Of a stretch of 64,000 nucleotides of DNA, positions 48,326 through 57,734 are shown piece by piece (positions within the stretch are counted from its first letter, which is position 1; each line of letters begins with the position of its first letter). Position numbers and translations under genes: made by a program. This stretch comes from Pristiophorus japonicus (taxonomy: Eukaryota), in contig NC_091999.1 in NCBI RefSeq assembly GCF_044704955.1, positions 22,940,001 through 23,004,000 of the forward strand, written 5' to 3'. Below the pieces are notes generated by a model. It had not been told where the DNA came from and searched no databases. It saw only the letters and a list, made by a program, of their open reading frames with translations.

Positions 48326-48739
48326 TTTATCTAATCTGACGGCTCTGTATGATGAGCTGAAGGTGAATTTGCAATAATAATTTTGTAATTCCGCCCTTGA
48401 CACTTCCTGATCCTCTGCACCTCTTGTGGTTTGTTCTAAAAAAAAATCCTCTGGGTAAACGTTCAAGCAAGTTATTGTTGTGGGTGTTATGAATCATGTT
48501 TGAAGTAAGCTCTGGAGCTTGCAGTAGATGTCGTTTATCAGCACGTGGCGACAATGATCATATTGATACATGAGTCATGTGGAGACGGATGTTGCTGAGC
48601 ATTTCAGTCACCGTCCATTTTGTCAAAACAAGTAAAACAATATAATTAATGCTTCTCAGTCAGTCAAATTTGAAGGGAGCATGTATCCTTAGAAATAATC
48701 TGAAGGGCAAATAAAGATTGAATTTTTTTCAATCCAAAT

Positions 48740-49130
48740 TTTAAGAAGATTGTCGGGCTCTTGTCGAGGATGCAGAGGAGATTGGTGCAAGGCATGAGGG
48801 ATTTCAGTTTTCTGGAGACGAGAGAGGATTCGTTTATTCTTATTATAGCAGGGAATGCTTAGGGGAGAATTAACAGATGTTTTCAAAATTGTGAAGGGGT
48901 TTCATTGAGTTGATAGTAAGGTGGGGATTCTATCGGCAGGTCTATCGGTAACCAGAACACAAAGATTAAGATGAATGAAAAAATAAATCCAGACGGGAGA
49001 TAAGGAGATTTTTTATGCAGCGAGTTGTAATAACCTGGAATGTAGTGTCTGAAAGGGTGATGGCAGCAAATTTAATTATAACTTTCAAATAGGGAAATCA
49101 ATATATATTTGAAAAGGAAAGATGATCTGG
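48740..49130 (+). mobile_element. Degenerate CR1 ORF2 C-terminal fragment
   Basis: Remnants such as tttttatgcagcgagttgtaataacctggaat (FF.QRVV..WN). Confidence 0.65.
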
Positions 49131-51388
49131 TGTAATAAAAAGAGAGACAGTGTCGAAGATAATATAAACATGCTTGGCGTATTATAAGAAGAGACAGGGT
49201 CTCGCGTGATATAAACTGAGACAGTGTCTATTGGAATATAAACAGAGACAGATTCTAGTGTAATACAAACAAAGATAGGGTCTAGTGTAATATAAACAAG
49301 GATAGTGTCAGAAAGAATATAAACAAAGATAGTGTCTGGTGTAATATAAACAGAGACATGGTCTAGTGTAATATAAACAGAGAGAGGGTCTAGTGTAATA
49401 TAAACAGAGACAGATTCTAATGTAGTATAAACAGAGACAGTGTCTAGTATATTGTAAACAGAGACAGGGTCTAGTGTATTATAAACAGAGACAGCGTCTA
49501 GTGTAATATAAACAGGGATAGTGTCTGGAAGAATATAAACAGAGACAGGGTCTTGTGTGATATGAACAGAGACCGGGTCCAGTGTAATATAAATAGAGAC
49601 AGGGTCTGGAGTAAAATAAACAGAGACAGGGTATATTATATTATAAACAGAGACAAGGTCGAGTGTAATATAAACAGGGATAGTGTCTGGAAGAATAAAA
49701 ACAGAGACAGGGTCTAGTGTAATATAAACAGAGACAGGGTCTTGTGTAATACAAACAGAGACAGGGTCTAGTGTAATATAAACAGGGATAGTGTCAGAAA
49801 GAATATAACAGAGGAAGTGTCTGGTGTAATATAAACAGAGACATGGTCTAGTGTAATATAAACAGAGACAGGGTCTAGTGTAATACAAACAGAGACAGGG
49901 TCTAGTATAACATAAACAGGGATAGTGTCAGAAAGAATATAAACAGAGGCAGTGTCTGGTGTAATATAAACAGAGATATGGTCTAGTGTAATATAAACAG
50001 AGACAGGGTCTAGTTTAATATAAACAGAGACAGGGTTGAGTCCAATATAAACAGGGATAGTGTTAAGAAGAATATAGAGAGACAGTGTCTAGTGTAATAT
50101 AAACAGAGGCAGGGTCTAGTGTATTATAAACAGAGACAGGGTCTAGTTTAATATAAACAGGGATAGTGTCTGGAAGAATATAAACAAAGACTGGGTCTAA
50201 TGTAATATAAACAGAGACAGAGTCTAGTGTAATACAAACAGAGACAGGGTCTAGTGTAATATAAACAGGGATAGTGTCAGAAAGAATATAAACAGTGGCA
50301 GTGTCTGGTGTAATATAAACAGAGACATGGTCTAGTGTAACAAAAACAGAGACAGGGTCTAGTTTAATATAAGCAGAGACAGGGTCGAGTCCAATATAAA
50401 CAGGGATAGCGTTAAGAAGAATATAGTCACAGACAGTGTCTAGTGTAATATAAACAGAGACAGGGTCTAGTTTAATATAAACGGAGACAGGGTCTAGTGT
50501 AATATGAAGAGAGACAGGGTCTAGTGTAAAATAAACAGAGACAGGAGCTAGTTTAATATAAACAGAGACAGGGTCCAGTATAATATGAACTGGAAGAGGG
50601 TCTAGTGTAATGTAAACAGAGGCAGGGTCTAGTGTAATATAAACAGAGACAGTGTCTAGTACAATATAAACAGAGACAGGGTCTAGTGTAATATAAACAG
50701 AGACAGAGTCTAGTGTAATATAAACAGGGATAGTGTCTGGAACAATATAAACAGAGACAGGGTCTAGTGTAATATAAGCAGAGACAGGGTCTAGTTTAAT
50801 ATAAACAGAAACATGGTCCAGTGTAATATAAACAGAGACAGGGTCTAGTCGAATATAAACAGAGACAGGGTCTAGACTAATATAAACAGAGACAGTCTCT
50901 AGTGTAATATGAATTGGGAGTGGGTCTCATGTAATGTAAACAGAGGCAGGGTCTAGTGAAATATAAACAGAGACAGGGTCTAGTACAATATAAACAGAGA
51001 CAGTGTCTAGTGTAATATAAACTGGGACAGGGTCTAGTGTAATATAAACAGAGACAGGGTCCTGTGTAATAAAAACAGAGACAGAGCCTGCTGTAATATA
51101 AACAGAGGCAGGATCTAGTGCAATATAAACTGGGACAGGGTCCAGTATAATATAAACACCGACAGGGTCCATTATAATATAAACAGAGACAGGGTCGAGA
51201 CTAATATAAAAAGAGACAGTGTCTAGTGTAATATAAACTGGGACAGAGTCTAGTGCAATATAAACAGAGACAGGGTCTGGTACAATATAAACAGAGACAG
51301 GGACACGGGTAATATAAACAGAGACAGGGTCTCGTGTAATATTAACAGGGACAGGGTCTTAAGAGAGCCAGGTTCTAGTGTAATATTA
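49131..51388 (+). repeat. 27-bp minisatellite array (gtgtaatataaacagagacagggtcta)n
   Basis: Direct reading. The reverse-strand ORFs repeat the 9-aa YITLDPVSV. Confidence 0.97.
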
Positions 51389-51492
51389 GATAGAAGTACA
51401 GATAGATGGATAGAAGTACGAATCGACGGACGGACGGAGAGACGAATGGACCGACCGACCGAACGACAGACAGATAGACAGTCAGACAGACA
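51389..51492. repeat. Mixed GATA/GACG/GACC/GACA tetranucleotide tract
   Basis: Direct reading of the sequence. Confidence 0.85.
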
Positions 51493-51549
51493 TGAAGATT
51501 CGCATGGCTGGAATGTTACCATCAAATTATTCCAGGCATTCTATATGTT

Positions 51550-52470
51550 TAAATTACTCTGGACCCTGTTTAATTATAACTACACTCGATCATCTCTCTT
51601 TTCGAATTGCACAAGGCCCTGTCTCAGTTATTACTGCACAAGTCTCGGGATCAATTTTATTACTGTGGATACTGTCTCAGTTACACTGCACTAGACCGTG
51701 TCTCTGTTTATATTATGCTCGGCTCTGTATCAGTTATCACAGTACTGGACCCTCCGTTATAATACATTAGACCCATTCTCAGTTACTACTGAACTAGACG
51801 CTGTCTCTGTTTATATGACCGTACACCATGTTTCTGTCAATATTTCACTAGTTCCTGTCTCTCTTTATATTACACTCGATATGTCTCCGTTTATATTGCA
51901 CTAGAAAATGTCAATGTTTCTACTACAATAGCTCATGTATTAGTTAGTATTAGAGCACGTTATCCTTTGTTATATTATGTTGGACCCTGTCACTATTTAT
52001 ATTATACTATCCCCTGTCTCTTTATAATAGATTGGTCCTGTCTCTGGTTATATTACACTAGACCCTGTCTCTATTTATATTACACTCGACCCTGTCTCTA
52101 TTTATATTACACTAGGCCCTGTCTCTGTTTATATTATACTAGACTCTGTATTTTTTACATTACACTAGACACTGTCTCTGTTTATATTACACTAGACACT
52201 GTCTCTGTTTATAGTACACTAGACCCTGCAATTTTTATATTACACTAGATATCGTCTCTGTTTATATTACACTAGCCCCTTTATTTTCTATATTACACTA
52301 GACACTGTCTCTGTTTATATTACACTAGGCCCTGTCTCTGTTTATATTACACTAGACGCTGTGTCTTTATATTTTACACTGGTCCCTGTCATTGTAGATA
52401 TTACACTATATCCTCTCTCTGTCTATGTTACACTTGGACGTGTCTCGGTTATTACTGCACTAGACCCTGG
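51550..52470 (-). repeat. Inverted, more degenerate array of the same 27-bp minisatellite
   Basis: Units of tagaccctgtctctgtttatattacac. Confidence 0.92.
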
Positions 52471-52559
52471 GGTATAGATGTGTCTATATAGGTCAAATCG
52501 AGCAACCCATTTGGCTGAGGGTCAGACGTCGCACCGATGAAGCTATGGCGACCAAATCA

Positions 52560-52703
52560 CGTTGATGACGCTGCTTTGTTGTAAACAATGACGTCACACA
52601 TTGTTTACGTGTTGCTGACGTGATGATGTCAAAGAGGTAAACACGAAATGCAATATACAGGAAGTTGCACTGACAAAAACAATTTTCTGCGATAGTGATG
52701 TCA
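52560..52703. promoter_or_regulatory. Candidate enhancer: CRE, forkhead and ETS motif cluster
   Basis: TGACGTCA (52589-52596) sits between inverted GTAAACAATG and CATTGTTTAC. Also TGACGTGA, TGATGTCA, GTAAACA, CAGGAAGT and AGTGATGTCA. Confidence 0.45.
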
Positions 52704-53052
52704 CACTGTGCCATCAAACATTCCCAGGGCAGGGACAGCGCGGGTCTATGCAAAGAAAAGCTCCCTCGATGCTGTCCCATCAAACACTCCCAGCTCAGGT
52801 ACAGCACGATTCGAAAAACAATAAAGCTCCCTCTACACAGTCACATCAAACGCTCCCAGGGCAGGTACAGCACGGGTAAGCTATAGAGTAAAGCCCCCTC
52901 TACACCGTCCCATCAAACTCTTCCAGAGCAGGTACATCACTGGTCTATGCAGAGAAAAGCTCCCTCGAAACGGTCCCATTAAACACTCGCAGGGCAGGTA
53001 CCGCACGTAGTTAGATGCAGAGTAAAGTTCCCACTACAGAGTCACATCAAAC
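52704..53052 (+). repeat. ~65-bp tandem repeat, ~5 copies
   Basis: Repeats of …aaagctccctctacacagtcacatcaaacgctcccagggcaggtacagcacggg…. Confidence 0.88.
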
Positions 53053-53874
53053 ATCCAAGATCATTGAGTTCACACGACATATTTTATTATAAAGCTGCCT
53101 CTCCGCACACCCACCAATTTGGTTTGAGGCCTGGAAATAGACCTTAGAGAATATTTTTGTTTAACATTGACTTCTTATTGTGAAGTAAAAATAATGACGC
53201 ATTCTTTAGAGGCAAGGCAAAAGGTGGGGATAGTAGAGAGAGGCAGAGAGGGAGGGGATACAGGGAATTGCCACGAATACATTTGAGCTGTCACTATATA
53301 CGGTGACTAGAATCTTTCCCTATTCTGGCCGCGGAAAACATCGTTGATTTGTTCACCAATAACTGAAAATAAATATCCCAAACATCAACTGTTGCTGGAA
53401 TCCGTTGAGACATTAGCGTTTCTTTCTCTGTTTATTTCTATTCTGTCGTTCACTATTCTAATCTGGGACTTCTATTTCTGCGTTTATTTACATAAACACC
53501 TCACAGGTTTCCATGAAGTGTTCATGGCAGCAAAAGCAGATCCACAAAGTCATTTACTGATTAGTTTTAACTCACAGCACGGGTTTATTTTATGAATATT
53601 GGTAGTTGGTACAAAGAAATGGAAATATCTCCAGCTGTGACATCGGTTTTTGGTTTGTTCAATTAGAAGAGATGTGATTTATATCAAAGGGAACATATTA
53701 AAATTAATAATTCAATTCTGAAAATTCTGCTACCAATGTCATTGGAACCTCGCTGAACAGATCAGTAATTCACTGGATGTCCATTTAGCGTAAGATTCCA
53801 GCCACTTAAACTAAACAAGTTAAAACAGCGAACAGAGGAGTCACCCATTGCAACGTGTATTTTAAATGTTGACG

Positions 53875-54325
53875 TTTAGAAATAACTTTCACGACTTTCA
53901 CGTCCTCAGAATGTCCAAAAGTGCTTTATAATGAAGTACGTTTGAAGTGTAGTCACTTTTGTAATGCAGGAAACGTGGAGTCAAATTGCACACAGAAAGC
54001 TCCCACAAACATAATGTGATAATAACCACAGAATCTGTTCTTTAGCGATGCTGGTTAATGGATAAGTATGTGTAATGGACTTCGGGGTGAACTCCCCTGC
54101 TATTTAAAATTGTGCCATTCAATCTCTTACATCCAACTGTAAGCGAAGACTCAGCAGATGTAACGTCTCATCCGAAAGACTGCTCCACCGTCAATATAGC
54201 CCCCCCTCCCCTTCTCCTTCGGTACTGGTACCGGGAGTGCCAGCCGAGATTATGTGCTCAGTCTGTGGAGAGGGGTTGAGAACCCACAGCCTTCTCACTC
54301 AGAGGTGAGAGTGATCCCATTGTAC
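53875..54325 (-). mobile_element. DeuSINE-type SINE
   Basis: Reverse-complement similarity to 35750-36180 (gctcccacaaaca, gaactcccctgct, ctcatccgaaagac, aacccacagccttct). Confidence 0.7.
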
Positions 54326-54696
54326 CGGGGCTTTAGCACGTCACAGCTTAATTTTTTAGATGTTGTCATTTAGTTCAGAGTGTCCAAAGTTCATTGCCTG
54401 AGACGAGTCTTACACAATCGGTTTAATTCCCGGGGATAATGCTCTTATCTTGCCTGGGATGATATTCTGGCACTGTTGTAAAATGGGATCAAATCTTAGC
54501 GAATCCTCATCTGGATGTTCATGAGGTGCATCAGTAGAACAGCTGGAAACTGGGACGGTGCTCCTTATATCCGAGAATGTTAAGGCAGATTTAATAGTGG
54601 CGATCAAAATTATGAGGAGTTTTAATCAAGTAAATAGTTAGAAAACTTTACCACTGGTAAGACGGACAGTAACCACAAGCCAGAGATTGAAAATGT

Positions 54697-54812
54697 ATTA
54701 CTGCACTAGACCCTGTCTCTGCTGAGATTACACTAGACCCTGTCCCTACTTACATTGCACTAGACCCTGTCTCTGTTTACATTACACGAGACCCTGTCTC
54801 TATTTATATTAC
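54697..54812 (-). repeat. Outlying copies (~4) of the 27-bp minisatellite
   Basis: cactagaccctgtctct units. Confidence 0.85.
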
Positions 54813-54814
54813 AG

Positions 54815-56075
54815 TCGCTTAAACAAAGGGGACTACAGTGGGATGATGGCAGAGTTGTCTAAAGTAGACTGGAAACGCAGACTAAACGGTGGCACAATTG
54901 AGGAACAGTGGAGGACGTTTAAGGAGCTATTTCATAGTGCTCAACAAAAATATATTCCAATGAAAAAGAAGGGCGGTTAGAGAAGGGATAACCAGCCGTG
55001 GATAACCAAGGAAATAAAGGAGAGTATCAAATTAAAAACCAATGCGTATAAGGTGGCCAATGTTAGTGGGAAACTAGAAGATTGGGAAAATTTTAATCGA
55101 CAGCAAAGAATAATTAAGAGAACAATAAAGAAAGGAAAGATAGATTACGAAAGTAAATTTGCGCAACACATAAAAACAGATAGTAAAAGCTTTTACCGAT
55201 ATATAAAACGGAAAAGAGTGACTAAAGTAAATGTTGGTCCCTCAGAAGATGAGAAGGGGGATTTAATACAGGGAAATGTGGAAATGGCTGAGACCCTAAA
55301 CAATTATTTTGCTTCGGTCTTCACAATGGAAGACACAAAAACCATTGCAGAAATTGGGCTGGTCACGGGAATGTGAGAAGGGAGGACCTTGAGATAATCA
55401 CTATCACAACGGGGGTAGTGCTGGATAGGCTAATGGGACTCAAGGTAGACAAGTCCCCTGGTCCTGATGAAATGCATCCCAGGGTATTAAAAGAGATGGC
55501 AGAAGTTATAGCAGATGCATTCGTTATAATCTACCAAAATTCTCTGGACTCTGGGGAGGTCCAGCGGATTGGAAAGCAGCTAATGTAACGCCTCTGTTTA
55601 ACAAAGGGGGCAGACAAAAGGCAAGTAACTATAGGCCGGTTAGTTTAACATCTGTAGTGGGGAAAATGCTTGAAGCTCTCATTAAGGAAGGAATAGCGGG
55701 ACATCTAGATAGGAATAGTGCAATAAAGCAGACGCAACATGGATTCATGAAGGGGAAATCAAGTTTAACTAATTTACTGGAATTCTTTGAGGATATAATG
55801 AGCATGGTGAATACCGATGAATGTGGTGTATTTAGATTTCCAAAAGGCATTCGATAAGGTGCCACACAAAAGGTTACTGCAGAAGATAAAGGTACGTGGA
55901 GTCAGAGAAAATGTATTAGCATGGATTGAGAATTGGCTGGCTAACAGAAAGCAGAGAGTCGGGATAAATGGGTCCTTTTCGGGTTGGAAACCGGTGGTTA
56001 GTGGTGTGACACAGGGATCGGTGCTGGGACCACAATTGTTTACAATATGCATAGATGACCTGGAAGAGGGGACAG
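54815..56075 (+). mobile_element. CR1 ORF2 internal fragment, same family as the host CR1 at 2408
   Basis: 55106-56075 is near-colinear with 2402-3375. Truncated at both ends. Confidence 0.92.
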
Positions 56076-56489
56076 ATTCAATCAAGTTAGTCAGATATGA
56101 CCTTCCCTGAACAAATTCGTGCGGACTGTTCCTGATTAATCCATGTCTTTCCAAATAAAGATTTATCCTGTCATTCAGGATTTTTCCAAAAAAAATTCCC
56201 ACCACTGAGGTTCGGCTGACTGGCCTTTAATAAATCGATCTATCCTTGTCTCCCTTTTTAAACAACGGTTAAATATCAGACGTCCTTCAGTCCTCTGGCA
56301 CCACACCTGTAGCCAGTGTGGATTGGAAAATGATGGTCAGAGCCTCTGCTATTTCCTCTTTTGCTTCGCTTAACAGCCTGAAATACTTTTCATCTGGGCC
56401 TGGGATTTATCCACTTTCAAAGCTGCTAAGTCCCTTAATACTTCTTCTCCAACTATGTTTACCTCGTCCAATATTTCACACTCCTCCCT
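56076..56489 (-). mobile_element. Older CR1 fragment interrupted by the full-length CR1; continues at 60742
   Basis: ORFs [35 protein letters not shown] and EVLRDLAALKVDKS. Confidence 0.8.
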
Positions 56490-56709
56490 CAGTCGAGGAG
56501 GCGGGAGCTCGGAGCAGCGCGAGTCCGGGGTCGGCGAGAGGCGTACCGGTGCAGCTACAGGGAGAAGGCAAAAAAACAAAGGTGACGTCACAGCCTAGGG
56601 GGTAAGTGATTGGCTGGTGATTGGTGAGTAGTTTTTCTTTTACTTCTTATATTGGTCAGTAACTTTTAACATTGTTATTACCAGTTTAAGTGTATCTAAG
56701 GGTTAAGTC

Positions 56710-57657
56710 ATGGCAGGAGAGCTCGGTCGGGTGTTATGCTCCTCCTGTACCATGTGGGAACTCAGGGACGCTTCCGGTGTCCCTGACGACCACGTGTGTG
56801 AGAAGTGTATCCGCCTCCAGCTCCTGACGGTCCGCGTTGCGGAATTGGAGCTGAGGGTGGATTCACTCTGGAGCATCCACGATGCTGAGAATGACGTGAG
56901 TATCACGTGTAGTGAGTTGGTCTTACCGCAGGGAAAGGGTCCACAGCCAGATAGGGAATGGAAGACCAACAGGAAGAGTAGAGCAAGGAAGGTAGTGCAG
57001 GGGTCCCCTGCGGTCATCCCCCTGCAAAACAGATACACCGCTTTGGGTACTGTTGAGGGGAATGACTCATCAGGGGAGGGCAGCAGCAGCCAAGTTCATG
57101 GCACCGTGGCTGGCTCTGCTGCACAGGAGGGCAAGAAAAAGAGTGGGAGAGCGATAGTGATAGGGGATTCAATTGTGAGGGGAATAGATAGGCGTTTCTG
57201 CGGCCGCAACCGAGACTCCAGGATGGTATGTTGCCTCCCTGGTGCAAGGGTCAAGGATGTCTCGGAGCGGGTGCAGGACATTCTGAAATGGGAGGGAGAA
57301 CAGCCAGTTGTCGTGGTGCACATTGGTACCAACGACATAGGCAAAAAAAGGGATGAGGTCCTACGAAACGAATTTAAGGAGCTAGGAGCTAAATTAAAAA
57401 GTAGGACCTCAAAAGTAGTAATCTCGGGATTGCTACCAGTGCCACGTGATAGTCAGAGTAGGAATCGCAGGATAGCGCAGATGAATACGTGGCTTGAGCA
57501 GTGGTGCAGCAGGGAGGGATTCAAATTCCTGGGGCATTGGGACCGGTTCTGGGGGAGGTGGGACCAGTACAAACCGGACGGTCTGCACCTGGGAAGGACT
57601 GGAACCAATGTCCTAGGGGGAGTGTTTGCTAGTGCTGTTGGGGAGGATTTAAACTAA
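56710..57657 (+). CDS. CR1 ORF1p (zinc finger/leucine zipper plus SGNH esterase-like domain), 315 aa
   Basis: CSSC…HVCEKC, heptad leucines, and IVIGDSIVR, HIGTND and DGLHL motifs. Confidence 0.93.
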   Translation: MAGELGRVLCSSCTMWELRDASGVPDDHVCEKCIRLQLLTVRVAELELRVDSLWSIHDAENDVSITCSELVLPQGKGPQPDREWKTNRKSRARKVVQGSPAVIPLQNRYTALGTVEGNDSSGEGSSSQVHGTVAGSAAQEGKKKSGRAIVIGDSIVRGIDRRFCGRNRDSRMVCCLPGARVKDVSERVQDILKWEGEQPVVVVHIGTNDIGKKRDEVLRNEFKELGAKLKSRTSKVVISGLLPVPRDSQSRNRRIAQMNTWLEQWCSREGFKFLGHWDRFWGRWDQYKPDGLHLGRTGTNVLGGVFASAVGEDLN

Positions 57658-57734
57658 TATGGCAGGGGGATGGGAACCAATGCAGGGAGACAGAGGGAAA
57701 CAAAAAGGAGCCAAAAGCAAAAGACAGAAAGGAG

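Noticed and set aside
49131-51388. CRISPR-like periodicity
   Set aside because: The units are contiguous with no unique spacers, there are no cas genes, and the context is vertebrate.
49085-52248. ORFs with YITLDPVSV or YYTRPCLCL repeats
   Set aside because: They are translations of the 27-bp minisatellite.
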